DNA of 63,391 nucleotides, the filler included, from Choristocarpus tenellus KU-1152 (taxonomy: Eukaryota; Protista; Phaeophyceae), in assembly GCA_964200185.2 (NCBI GenBank). It is 13 parts of 13 records of this genome, joined end to end, with 100 filler letters (N's around TTAATTAATTAA, not from the genome) between each part and the next. Parts side by side here need not be neighbours in the genome. Positions count along the whole stretch, not along the records: positions 21,336 to 26,063 come from CAXNAD020013312.1; positions 26,164 to 31,128 come from CAXNAD020012347.1; positions 31,229 to 43,801 come from CAXNAD020001781.1; 10 more parts are not named here. One strand, given 5' to 3'. The notes beneath the pieces were generated by a model. It saw only the letters and a list, made by a program, of their open reading frames with translations, did no database searches and was not told the DNA's origin. Shown piece after piece: positions 25,193 through 38,300 of the stretch. Numbering within the stretch: the stretch's first letter is position 1; each line of letters opens with the position of its first letter. The position numbers and the translations under genes were made by a program.

Positions 25193-25554
25193 AAATGTAT
25201 GTAATTTTTGCAAGCTCTGTTCTTGACGAGGAATGACCCACATGGTAATCTCTGGATCAGGGTTAGTTCTCTTATTGATTGGTAGGAGTGCAAAATTTGA
25301 CATGGTGGGCTGTCATGACCGTGGAGGATCACCAGAGCAAAGGTGGCCAAGTTGCACTTGATGGGGTTCTAAAACCTCACGATACTGTTGAAGTGGGTGT
25401 TTATTGAGACGCCTAAGACGAAGGCCCCCTGTCATTTTGAGCACTTCGCTCATCTCGCCTGTCAGTCCCAACTCTTTGCCCCAGAATTCTGTCCGGGGTG
25501 GTCAAGAACAGCTTGGTGATGTGATGCCTGGAGGTGAGAGGGAGTGAAACTTGC

Positions 25555-26063
25555 ATGCCTTGGGGGATGGCAGTGGCTATTGTAGAGGACTTCAGAATAT
25601 TCTGAATCGCCATGTTCCCGTCATCTGCAGGAGTGTGACAGTCAGATCACACAGGGTGAATGTTTAGACCTTGTACGACGTTGCAAGGGGCAATGTGGCT
25701 GCTCTACAATTCTCCTCGACGTTTTGGATGTTCCCACAAGTACGCCACACATCCTTCTGCAATTGTGTGCCCAGAGCTAGGATCTCGGTTTCCTCGTTAT
25801 GGAATCTGTGCAAAGTGCGAGAAGGTGAAGGTCAAGTGGTGGATTGAGTCAGTCCTGTCAGACCAACAGAAAGTCAACAGACTGGATTTTGTCATCAGCC
25901 ACACGCACAGGAGGAGGGTAAGTGGGGTATTAGTGGACAATCTATACAACTGGGTACATGTGGACAAGAAGTGGTTTACATCCTCAAAGATGGCCAAGGT
26001 GTGGACCTGCACCCTACACAGAACAGGGGATTTTAAAAATTGAGGATGGGTTTGACCGAAAAT
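25555..26063 (+). mobile_element. Decayed mariner-type (plant DD39D-like) transposase, N-terminal half
   Basis: Frameshifted MPWGMAVAIVEDF (HTH-like), RRCKGQCG, and VLSDQQKVNRLDFV...LYNWVHVDKKWF (compare the VHIDEKWF first-Asp motif). Cut by the contig end. Confidence 0.75.
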
Positions 26064-26163
26064 NNNNNNNNNNNNNNNNNNNNNNNNNNNNNNNNNNNNN
26101 NNNNNNNTTAATTAATTAANNNNNNNNNNNNNNNNNNNNNNNNNNNNNNNNNNNNNNNNNNNN

Positions 26164-29100
26164 GTGCTCCCAATCCGGTGAGGGGTAGTAGTTCAGTTGG
26201 TCAGACAGGTGGGGACAGGGGACGAGGGGGGGGTCAAACTGGAAAGGGGGAGGCCAAAGCAGTGGTGACCACTGCATTTCAGACAGGTGGGGGGAGGCAG
26301 GTTCATGTCTCTGCTGAGGCAATGGTTATGGCTCAGAAGGCATTTGATGGGGTTTTTTCAGGAGAAGAGAAAGGCTACAGAGGTGAGTCCCTCTCTGTGG
26401 AAGCAGATATAGAGTGCAGCAACTCAAATACTTTGATTGCTTCCAATCACCCTGATGCTGAGTCTATGAGTGTAGTGGATGACATTGCAGTTTTGTGCAT
26501 CAATTCTCAGGGGAAGCCAAAGGTAGGAGTAGACTCTGGGGCAGGGGTAGGGGTAGAGGCAGGGGTCGCAGTGAGAGCAGGTGACATGATGGGGGTAGAT
26601 CGTCCTCCAAGTGCAATGAAGGGTGGAGGGACTCCAGGAACCATGGCTTCAGCTGGTTCTAGTTGGTCGGTTGGGTTCTCAACTGCCAAGGGCAGACGTT
26701 TGAATGTCACAGCTGAGGCATTGGCCCGAGCGGAGCAACTGCTTGGTAGCGGGGGGCAAGTGGAAATGGTGGGGGTCTCAAGAAGTCACGGCAGAGGGAG
26801 AACTGCCATTTCATCGACAGACAGTTTCAATAGGAAGGCCAATAGCAATGATGGTGAAGATCGACCCACCGGTGCTAGTCGTACTCCAACCGGAATTGAG
26901 ACCAAAGGTGTGGTCGTGGGGAATGAAGGGGGTGCAGTGGGACCAAGACTTGAGTTCTGCCCTCCCCAAACCTGGACTGGCCATGGCTCAAATGCTGAAA
27001 AGTGTGGAACAGAGCTCTGTGGTGAGGGCAGTCTAAGTGATGGCAGCAGTACAAACACACCCTCAGTCGCTGCTTCTTTTCCCACCTCCGCCGCTACATC
27101 TGCCGACACTGTTTTCACCACAGGCAAGGGCAGGCGTCTTCAAGTGTCAGAAGTTGCTCTTGCCAAGGTACATCACCTCTTTTTTGAGGACAGGGGAACA
27201 GAAACGCTCGGGAGTAAGGGGAGGGGGGGCAAAGGGGTAGGGGCGGGAAGGGGAGTAGATTCTTCTACTGATGATCTGAACTCTGCCCTTGCACCTACCC
27301 TTCTAGGCCCCACATCAAGGAGAGATCATTCTCCCATTATCAACGGTGGATCAAAGGATAACAAGAGTACTCAACAGGATGAATTGGGCAACTTGAATCT
27401 GAATGGGAGTGACACTGATAACCCACAGGGTGTGAAGTCTTGCGGGACTGGGGCAGGGACAAAGGCAGGGACCGAGACAGTTATCGCAACCAATGCAAAT
27501 AATTCCGGCAAAGAAACTGTTGCAGTTTTTGCTCCAGTCAGTGGCTCGTTCACAGACAAGGTAACGGCTGGTGGTAAAGGGTTGATAGGGACAAGAGCCA
27601 GATCTCTGCTGGGAGTATTGGAAGGACAAGGGATGGAGGGAGAAGCAGCAGAGGGGAGAAGATGGTCCGGTCTTGTGCATCATGGAGCAGCCTGCACTGC
27701 CGAGGTTGGTAGCTCAGGTTTCGCCACTGCTACTGTCTCTTCCACCTTGCTCACCCAAAAATGTACCATTGGGGAGGGGGTCAGCACAACCACCGGTTTC
27801 TCAACTGGAAGGGGGAGGCCCGTGAAAGTGTCAGCAGATGCATTGGCCAGAGTAGAATGTATGTTCTGGAAGAAGACAGAAGAGTGGGGAGAGACACATC
27901 AGGAGTTGGTGGACTCCAAGTCAGGGGGACTAAGGGCAGAGCAAAGGGGCACCGGAGGTGGAAGCTGTAGAAAACAGGAACAGCTTTTAAGCCGAAATAA
28001 GTGCATTACTAGGGCAGGTGATGCAGCAGATGATTGTGCTGTTGCTGATACCAGCAGTACAATCACTGCAGAAGGTGGTGCCAAGACAATGAAACCAACA
28101 GTTGGTGGTGGACCAAGTGGGTGCTCAACTGACAATGGAAGGGCAGCAAATGTATCAATTAATGCCTTAGCACGGGTGGGACATATGTTTGGCTTAAGCA
28201 ATGATCCAGTCAACTCAGTCACACCTGGTGTCACGATGAACACCAGGCGCCAGGTTGACTTCAATCCAGTGATTCCAATGTTAGGCAGTGAGCCAAGTGA
28301 CTTCTCCACTGGCAAGGGAAGGGAAGTACGTGCCTCTCCAGATGCCTTGATACAGGTGGGACATCTTTTGGGCACAGGCAACGGTACAGTTGGCTCCACC
28401 TCTGCTGTTTCCACTAAAAGGGCAGTGCCAGTTTTGGCAGAATCCCTAATACAAGCTGATAAAGTTTTTAACGGAGATAAAGAAAATGAAGACTATCCTG
28501 CCTCATCAGTCAGTCATCTCAGCAGTGGCGATATTTTGTCAATTAGCTTCTCGACTGGGATTGGAAGAGCAGTATCAATTTCCGCAGATACTCTTGCTCG
28601 AGCTGAGCAAATGTTTGCCAGGGACAAAGATGGCAAGGACCATCCCTCTTCTGCAGTCAGCCATGTTGTCAGTGGCAACGATGTGCCGAGTGGCTTCTCA
28701 ACTGGCAGGGGAAGAGTCGTGCCAGTGTCAGCAGATGCTCTTGTGCAAGCTGAGCAGATGTTTGCTCGGGACAAAGATGATAAAGGTCATTCCTCTTCTA
28801 CCATCCATATGAGAAGTGGTGATGGTGTGGCACGTGGCTTCTCAGCTGGAAGGGGAAGAGTCGTGCCGGTTTCGGCAGATGCTCTTGGACAAGCCAAGCA
28901 GATGTTTTCTGGGGACAAAGAAAAAGACCAATACTCTTCTACCACCATCCATGTTAGAAGTGGTGGTGCGGCAAGCGGTTTCTCAACTGGAAGGGGAAGA
29001 GTCGTGTCAGTTTCGGCAGATGCTCTTGCACAAGCCAAGCAGATGTTTTCCAGGGACAAAGATGATAAAGTCCTTCCTGCTTCTGTCATTGGCTCTGTTG

Positions 29101-31128
29101 GCAGTGGCAGTGGTGTGCCGAGTGGCTTCTCAACTGGTAGCGGAAGGGAAGTTCCTGTGTCGGCAGAAGCCCTTGCACGAGCAGAGCAAATATTTGCAGG
29201 AGACAAAGGTGGCGAACATGACAAAGACTGCCCTAATGCTGATCCTGCCAAAGCTGGAGCCAGGGGGGAGGATCGTGGTGGATGCAGGTCGGTAGCAGGG
29301 CAGCAGGGCACAGATCGCAGGAGTGATGAGGCCCCAGTCAAAACTGCACCACCTGGTGCAAGGTATGGGACAAGTGGTTTCTCAACTGGCAGGGGAGTGG
29401 AAGTGAAGGTTTCAGCAAAGGCGCTAGCAAAAGTGAATCGCTTCTTTGCTGAAGAGAAAGAGACTGAAGGTGCTGGGAGGCCTGTAACTGGCTCCGGGGC
29501 TGGCTCTTGGACCAAGTCTGGAATCGGAACCAGGTTACTAGGGCCTGGGATTGGAAGTAGCGAGCTGAGTAGTGTAGGCAATAAGGTGGGCCTAGGTGGG
29601 TATAAAGGTCCTGATATTAGACCTCTTCATCACTGCCTGGGGCCTGGAGGGGGGAAGGAGAACGCTGTTAGGAACGATGTTGAGAAGGATGATATGGAAG
29701 TGGGGGTGGGTGAGTTGGGGGTCTATAATGGGAGACGGAAGTGCAGGAGGTCTTCTATGACTCCTGAGCTGGCTGAAGTGTTGCCTAGCCATGGAGCAGC
29801 TTCAACTCCTGTTGTCACCAATGTCTCTGCCACACCCAATACTATGCTACATACAGCAGGAGAATCTCCAAAGGTTGGAGCACCTTTCACCCCCAGAGCT
29901 TCCATGCGTGGCTTGAATTTGGTTGCAGGTGATGCTCCAACCACTCCAGTGGAACAGACATCTCTGCAAGTGAGTTCTGCAACACTGAGGCATTGATTTT
30001 GATTTTCCCTGGTTGGATGAGCAAGAAGGTGACAAGACAATCCTGAGAATCATTCCCTCCCTCACCCACCCCACCACTAGTCTAAGTATATCCTATGTCC
30101 TATGACCTTACCTTCAGGACAAAAGGCTCTTCTCCCCTACCTCAATTTTCTTGTGGATGTAAATGTCAAGTTGTTTTTCACCATAAAAAGCATTGCAATT
30201 AGCCAATGTCCCCCCTTCCTCTCCCTTCCTTCTCACCTCCCCTTCATTTTATTTTATTTTCTCTGCTCCCTTCTCCCCACAGATCTTTACTCCAAGACCA
30301 TTGAAAGCGTTGTCCTCCCGCTCCTTAGGGACAGGGCCGCTGTCCTCAAGACTCTCCACTGGACCAACTGGATGGCTCCGGACAACCCCAGGAACAACCA
30401 CTGGTAGGAGATCCACAATAAGCGGCACCGTTGGGACACCTGGCAAATTCCTCTCTCCCCTGCACACCCCCGGGAGTAACAAGAGGCGTGTTTCTACAGG
30501 TGGACTCTTCAAGCCCAAGAGACATCGGTCAGTAACCCTGAAGGCAATGGACTCTTCTGATACTGCTACTGCCACTGTTGCAGGCGTAGCCAGTATGGAC
30601 AATGAGTCTTTGGGAGGTGGTTCCATCCCCAAAAACCTGCTAAACTACTCACTTCAACACTTTCTTGGTAGTAGAGATTCTTCTGGCAAGGTTAATTTTG
30701 TGGTGGAAACAACCCACTCTAAGGGTCAACAACAGAGGCAGCAGCGTCGACCACTGTCATCACTGCTTCAAGCACCTCCTCCCTCCCCTACACCACCACC
30801 CTTCTGTCCAATATTGTCAACCTCCCTTGGGGAGGTTAAGTGTGAGGGGGAGGGTGAAGGAGGCTTAGGATTAGCAGGGATGGGTCAGGGACTGGTATCA
30901 AGTGCTGCTGGGTCGGAGAAAGAGGTGGGGTTAGTGGTGGAGGAGCAGTTAGGATTGGAAGCAGAAGGCTCTGCTGCCAGTTTAAGTGCTAAAGTCGTGT
31001 CTCTTGTGTCCTCTTCCAATGCTGTTTTTCTGCTATTTGCACGAGATGGTCGACCTTGCTGTTTTGGGGGTGAGGGGGTGAGGGCGGGGGCAGGGGAAGG
31101 TGGGGGGGGTAGGGAGGATGTACAGAGG
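26164..31128 (+). CDS. BRCA2: BRCA2-like protein, BRC-repeat region (exons <26164-29969 and 30283->31128; both ends cut by spacers)
   Basis: About 13 BRC repeats (consensus FSTGRGRxVxVSADALARAEQMF) in the 1272-aa ORF. Phase-0 intron 29970-30282 (CAA|gtgagt ... polypyrimidine cacag|ATC) joins it to ORF 30193..31176. The OB-fold DNA-binding domain is not in the contig. Confidence 0.88.
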
Positions 31129-31369
31129 NNNNNNNNNNNNNNNNNNNNNNNNNNNNNNNNNNNNNNNNNNNNTTAATTAATTAANNNNNNNNNNNNNNNN
31201 NNNNNNNNNNNNNNNNNNNNNNNNNNNNCCCCCCAGATACTTTGGGTCTTTGTTTTGGTAAAGTTGTGTAATATAGTGGTACATAGTATACTAAAAATCA
31301 CACCTGTTTCCCATACTGCTCTCATATGACACTTTTTGGTTGACCTCAAATAATGTTTTTTACATCACT

Positions 31370-31643
31370 GAGTCAAAGAATCTTAGAGGGTAGAGCCGTG
31401 TCAGTTTGGGGACCAAAATCCAATGTTGCGATTTTGATGAAATTTTGGTTATCGTGTTTGATAGGAAGTGTCAATATCCTTGTTCCGGACACACCTTCCT
31501 TTCATAACGTTTACATTTTACCCACTCCGAAACATTTCGGAGTAGGAAAATGTTAAAAAAAAAGAAAAAAAAAAAGAAGTGGGAAGCCAAGCCCCAAACG
31601 GACAAACAGGGCAAAACTCGCGCCCTCTGAGATACTTTCACTT
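31370..31643 (+). mobile_element. MITE family A, full copy
   Basis: gagtcaaagaatcttagagggta ... ccctctgagatactttcactt. Confidence 0.88.
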
Positions 31644-31995
31644 GCCTTCGAGGCCAATCAGAAGGGGGAGTATGTGGAAAGCAGGGTTGTTTGATATCTT
31701 TCCATTATTGCCGTATGTATGCTGTATTACGTTACACTAATTGTAGTTATTTTCTGAGAACTTCGGTTCAACTGTGTGGAAGATCTTCGGAAGGATAGGT
31801 TTCCGTGACTTCCCGTAACATCTCTTCTTGAGGACATTTTTTCTGGAGGCGGATCTCCAATCTCTGAAGGGTTTCTTTCCTGAAACCTATCCGAGCCGTA
31901 TTCCTACTCACTTCCTCAGTCTTTCCTCAGTTCTTGTTATTGTCCAACCTTAACCTTGTCCTCTCGGTTACTGTTCGTCTTGAACATCTTGCCCA

Positions 31996-32057
31996 ATGAT
32001 TCTCTTCACCACCCTTGCCCGAATGAACCATGCCCCCTCGGAATCATATGATTCATG
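31996..32057 (+). repeat. Dispersed repeat (family C); second copy on the - strand at about 63328-63389
   Basis: tgattctcttcaccacccttgcccgaatgaaccatgccccctcggaatcatatgattca versus the reverse complement tgattctcttcgccacccttgcctgagtgaaccacgccgccacagaatcacacgattca. Confidence 0.7.
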
Positions 32058-35000
32058 TGTGTGTGTGTTTTTTGTGTTTGTGTGTGTCGCACTTTATTCT
32101 AGGGAGTATCTCGACCTGTGTTCAGAGGCGCTACCTACACACCACTATTTCTCATACTTCCTGCTACAGACTAACTGTTGCACTAATTGTACTGCCTCCA
32201 TCCGTCCCCCTGTCTTGCTTCTCATATGATTTGCTGAGCGCTCCCACCACCAATCGTTCTTTCTCCTCCCTTTAACCTTGTCTTGGACCCACGTCGAAGT
32301 TTCACTTTGGTCTTGATCAGTGTTTTCTTGTGGTATAGTGACAAACAGGAGAGTACTGGAGTACGATTCGCTGTGCTAACCACATGGAATGGGATATTCA
32401 AAACCAGATTTCCGCCGTGAAACGAAGTCTGACATCAAAGGGGTTCCAACCCGTGCAATTCATGCATGCAGTCACCACCTTGATTATTGAGTCAATACCA
32501 GAAAAAAATAAAAGAGAAAAGACTGATTATTCCATCACAAGTGTGTGCGAGATTTGGTAGAGGAAAGCGCAAGAGGTAGCAGCAACAGAGAGTGAAGGAA
32601 AGAGTGATTCTCCATTGGCCTGGCCTCAAACCTCCCCAGCACCTTCGAAACATTTTGCACTCTCACGAACTATGTGCTGGAACCAATTGATGTAGTATGA
32701 CAGGTCAGCAGTGGTAGCTGGATACAATGTTAGGTGGTTTAAGTATTGACACAGCACTTTAGTCAAAGTATCTCTTGAAAGCAGAACAATGGCAACTAAC
32801 CCCACACTTCAACAGAAAAAGATATTGCTGAGTATAGCACGGACATAGGATGGATTGATCCCTTGCCTTGGATTTCATATTAACGCACCTTGTAACTCTA
32901 ATATACAAATATTTACAGTCATACTGTTGTATAACAGCACATCTTGTTCACATGGACCCAAGCGGGATAACTGGTCAGGAGGCACTAAAGCATCCACCAC
33001 AGAGAGAGAAGTAGCTCAAAATACTTGTAGCAAGCAACCCCAATGACTAATTGGAGCTCCAAGAACTGAAATTGTGTAGGCAAGTAAGTTGGGTTGTGCA
33101 AAAAAAAAAAACTCACCTAGGCAGATACACTACATTTGCTATGTGGAGCACAATTAACGTGTCCAATTAAACGGTGTATGGTTAATGTCACTCCATGTTC
33201 CTCTCCCTCTGAGGGTCACACATTGACACAAAACATCAGCCTCCAGATTGAATTTTCTCTCCCACATCAATGCCACTAAAACCGGCAGCCTGATCGACCT
33301 TGGCATCAAACGCCCAATTCAACATCCAATCCGTCCCCTCGACAACTTAAAGGATGCTCTTGAATCCCTCATCTTCTACAGAGTATTCACAGATGGGATA
33401 AATATCCTGTTGTAACCACTCATGCCAATGGGGCTGCTCAGTCAATTTGTAGAATGTTGTCCAAGTCCTTCTAGAGTGCTTCCTGAATAAGCTGTTCCAC
33501 GTGCTGCAATTGACTATGCTTATGGGATAGATTACAGTGCAGGGAGTATAGAGCTGAACTGGTTACAATCTCACTTAACCACTTTTTAGAACTGGAAGTT
33601 ATAACTTTAAGTCAGTCAGGTGGTGGTGAAGGGGACGAAATTCCGCTTAAGTGTGTTGTTGCAGAGTGAAGCACCATGCACGCTTTCTGTGCACACTTTT
33701 TGCATGTGCAACTTTAAAACATCTTTTAAAATAATCGTTTCCTTTTTCTTTATCTGGATACACCTTCCGAGAAGGGGCCAAACTAATCCTTTTGATCTAT
33801 TCTTCCACCCAGTCCATTCTGATGGTAGAGTTTCAGAAATAGTAAAGTAAATATACCCAAGATTCATCAGCGGCCCACTGATATCAACAACAAATCAGAA
33901 GTTGCCACCAACTGCACATTGGGGGGTTGGCGAGTCTGTATGACAATTCAAATTATACCGCTAATGGTGTAAGATTTACCGATCATAGTATTATGAGGTA
34001 AAGTCATACCGTACCACAAGACTCCAGCATTTCTATCCCTACAGTCTTGGTATGGAATAAAAAATGTCTGCTTTAATGGGGGACCCCAAACGCAGTTGCA
34101 GATGAATTTCTTGTGGATCACAGTCTGGGAACACCTGCTTTGGAATGCTTGTGCTATAGGTGGCAGCACTGTTGTTCTTCAGGGTGTAGTGTGGTGACAG
34201 CGATAGTTTCTTTATAGTAGACTTAGTGGGGGTGGCATTTGGCCAGAGGTCTCACACACCAAGATCTCCACCTGAACAAGTCATACCCAGTCTTGAGTTA
34301 GGTTTGTTGTTGTGACCAAGGCAATCAGCCGTTGAAATAGAGAAAACACAAACATCCTTGGAAAATGGGTGAGCAGTACTTTTATTATTCCTCTCGAAAT
34401 TCCGTTGCAATTCCCAAGGCAATGTATGAAGCTATGGAGTACTGCCAACTAATCTGACTCTGTAAGTACATCTCTATTGTATATCCGAAGTGTGCCTTTA
34501 GTAACATAAAAAGGTTTGGGGAGTTGCAAAACAGGTGTACTGCTTTGTTGAGGTGGTGCAATCTCCTATGTTCCCCCTTTCCTTTCCAAAGTTCATTGGA
34601 GGAACAGTACAACATAAACAACAAAGCAACACCTTTCAAATCCTAAAATATTCTTCCTAACAAGAGTAATCCTAAAATATTCCTCACCACATTTCAGCTT
34701 TTTACAACCAAACCCAAACCTTGAGCACAAACACACCCACAAAACCAACACAACCTAAGAGCTAGGGGTATACACGATACAACTTAAGTGGTAAGAGTTC
34801 AAAACGGCACAAAATTAGGTAGGTGAGGTGTGTGTGTGTGTGTGTGTGTGTGCGTGCGTGCGTTCGTGCATGCATGCGTGTGTGCCTGATTGCCAAATTG
34901 CATCAACCTAAAATATGGAGGTAGATGTACGTTACCCAATCAGAACCTGTGTTTCCTGCTGAAGTATACAGCACATGATTAGGGTCCCTCTTATACAATC

Positions 35001-35301
35001 TCATAAGTGTAAATGTGATCATGTGGTCTAAAATGTGTTGGAGTAAAATCAAGCATTGAGGAGTTGAGGCACAAAATCAGTCACTATCTGGCAAGGAAAG
35101 GTCTACTATCCCAACCTTCAAGTCCATTCCCAAGAACACACATGTGCTTCACAGGCAGGTCCACGACCACAGACGTCTGCCAAGGTTGGGATAAAACCAA
35201 CAGCAGCCCTACCCATCTCTCTGCAAAATTCCTTTAGGAGTAAGCCAAGCCTTCTTGCCTCCTTGCCCCTCTCCACCGCAATTCCATTTTTTGTTCTTTA
35301 A

Positions 35302-38300
35302 TCATATCTGGGGGATGTGAGCACTAGGAGTTCCTTGGTATGATTGCTGCCTGATCCAGATCTGGGAGACCCACTTGGTCTCCACTGCAGGTTCTGCTGC
35401 ATGCAGTGCATCAACATCCAAGCGTCCATCAAGCGATGCAGGAAAGAATACTACAGCCATGCCTGCTCCCAATTAAAGACACCCCCCAACACAACAACAG
35501 ACACATAGAGGAGAAACCCATGCAAGGTACGCACAGCAGAAGAGCAAGGGGTGGAACAATGGTGAACAGTGAACCAAAACACAAATACCTTGGTGTTCTG
35601 ACCTTGAGAGGGGGGAGGAGGGAAGAGCTCACATATTTGCTGTGGTGCAGATTGGACTGTTATCATTATACATATGACCACATTGACTCAATGGCAATTG
35701 TACATTGGGGGGGGGAAGACAAGGAGGGGGAGGGGGTTATATCCCTCCCCACTGTACATAGGGTTCACCAACCTTTCCTTATTCCTGTACACCATACAAT
35801 GCTCTACCCATCATCCCGCAGGTATCAAGTTTCCAATGAAGAGGTGTGGGTGGCACAGGGAGGGTTAAGGTCAAGGGATGCAAGCCGAAACCAGCAACAT
35901 CAGGTACAAAAGACCTCCTGCTTTTACATTACCTTTCCCATTCCATGACCTCTGCCACTCTCACTGTGATTGGGGGTTAGCATACTGCGTGGATGCTTAA
36001 TACAACATAGTACCATTGTCACTTACAAAACAAACTCTAATCTCAACGAATCACTCCCACGTACCTACCTTTTACATAGCAACTGTAGAGTAACATACTG
36101 ACCGAGGTATTCAGCAGGAAATATTAAAAAATTGTATTAACAAGTTCCTGAAATAATGGAAAACCTAATACATGATCATTCATAGACAAGATTACTTGAT
36201 TGTCCTCTACAAAGAACAATGTAGTAGTGCAAAGAGATGTCAACACCTGGAGACTGTAAATTTCTGGTCAGTATGTCAAAACCCATTCCTTCAGTGTTCT
36301 ACAAAAAAGTTGGGGCGACACAAAATGTATGCATATGGGAGGATGGGAGTGTGGTACTGACAGCTGACACAGCCTTGTTGACTACACCATGTTATTCAAA
36401 ACAAATTTTACCCAGTTTACGTAGAATAAATGTAAGGCAATCTTGTTGTTCCACTTTGCCCACCCCACATGACAGTGCCCATCGTAAGATGTTGTCCAGC
36501 ACAACCACCTTGTCATGACACACTTGGCAACAACATGCACACCTACATGCTCACAACTGTGCCAAGAAATAAATCTGGCGAAACAATCTGAAGTCATACA
36601 TGCCAGTAATGTTCACTTGGACCTAGTTCCTTGACCGGCTTCAAGGCCTCTTCCAGTGACCACTTCAGATACTATCCAGCCTAACAGACTCCCAAAATAT
36701 ACCCAACATTAAGCACCCCATGCCCTGTAAAATCAGCAACATATCCAATGAGCTGCACAACACAGCCCTGTATCAAGTAGCTCAGTGAATACCTACCTGT
36801 CTGACACCTGTCTGTACAAGTTCAGTCCAAGATACTTTGCAAGGAGAACCGATCCAGTCCTGTCTACTCACTGGTACAGAAAATCAGTACCCAACTACTG
36901 TGTGCACTAACGTCAACCCACCAAAGACCACCATTCCAAAAAACAAAACAAATACTTGCTCATGGAGAGAGGAATTGGAGTACATTACTTACCACGATCC
37001 TTCAGAGAACTATACCATCTAATCTACCACAATGACAGAAATACTGCCTTGAACATAATCCCCCTCCAACATCTCATCCCACTCCTCCCTCTGAGCCCTC
37101 TTTACCACCCACCACAGCCACTAAAAGCTCACCTCTCTTGGGTTGGATCCGAAGGCGAAGCTTGGGAAAGCAAGTGCACCCCCCAACCCCAACATCATTA
37201 AGATAAACCAGTACTGTACATACTCGTTGCCCTCCATTCTGGGCAAACCTCCTCCCATCCTCCGTACTGAGATCAAACGCATCCCAGTGATTGGCGTACT
37301 GCTGGGAGGCAAAATAACGTCCAACCTATTGATATACAATAGAATTTGAGGTGGGTGGGACCAATGGAATATATCATGTTAGTGGACACCAAATGTTGTT
37401 GTGAGACCTGCAGCGTTTCTCAAGTCTACTGCATTTACCAAAGGCACTGACGAACCAAGAAATGTTCCTTTTTGTGACGGGCTAGTGAGGAATTACCTTA
37501 GGGCAGAGACTCCTCTAGGAAAAAGACTTTTGGCACAACACATTTGTTTGCATGGTAAGGGAGAGTGAATCCCCCCTACAACATAAGAAGACACACAGTT
37601 TTGGAAAGAAATTCACAATCCGGCGATCATCACAGAGGGTCTCATCATCATAGAGGCAACTATAAACACAGTGTAATGCAGGAATGCAGGGTATGACTGA
37701 AGGAAGAGAGTGAAGGTAGAGGGGAGGGAGGGACAGGGAACACATATACCTACATACACCTAATGATTACCTACAGCGATAAGTCCCCTCAGACCGTCAA
37801 AATTAAAACAACGATACTTGTATTTGCAAAATATACCTCACTGAGACTGATGAACCCCCACACAGGGGAGGCAACAGTTACTATCAGAGAGAAGATTGAG
37901 TCATCACAGGGGACCCTCCCAAAAATTCAACAAATATCCAAAAGGAGGTAGAGGATCATCATTGTTGATGGCAACCCCTCAACTATAGATGCAAGCTCAA
38001 TAAACAAGAGCCATCAGCGGTGACTTCCATGGATGGATGTAACATTTAAATGTACAATAAACACGAGAAGAGCTTTGCCATCATGCTCAGGCATGGAGTC
38101 ACTCACTTTCACACGGTGATTACTCCAGCATATGTTACAAGGGTGTTGATAATTTCATCCTCCTATTTTTAGACATTGCTCTTCTAAATTTAGTAGCTTC
38201 TCATCCCTTCTCAATATTATTGGTTGGAACCTTTCATGTCTTGAAGGGTAACGCATTAATTGGGCGATTGACTCCTCAACAAAAGGAGTTGGTACCGAAC

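Noticed and set aside
28787-29581. Antisense ORFs with LPLPVEKP repeats (also 27899..28414, 28514..28774)
   Set aside because: Reverse-complement shadows of the BRC repeats.
32500-34150. Possible LINE endonuclease/ORF2 relic on the - strand (CAVGGNF, RTWTTFYKL)
   Set aside because: Too degenerate to support by eye; needs a profile search.
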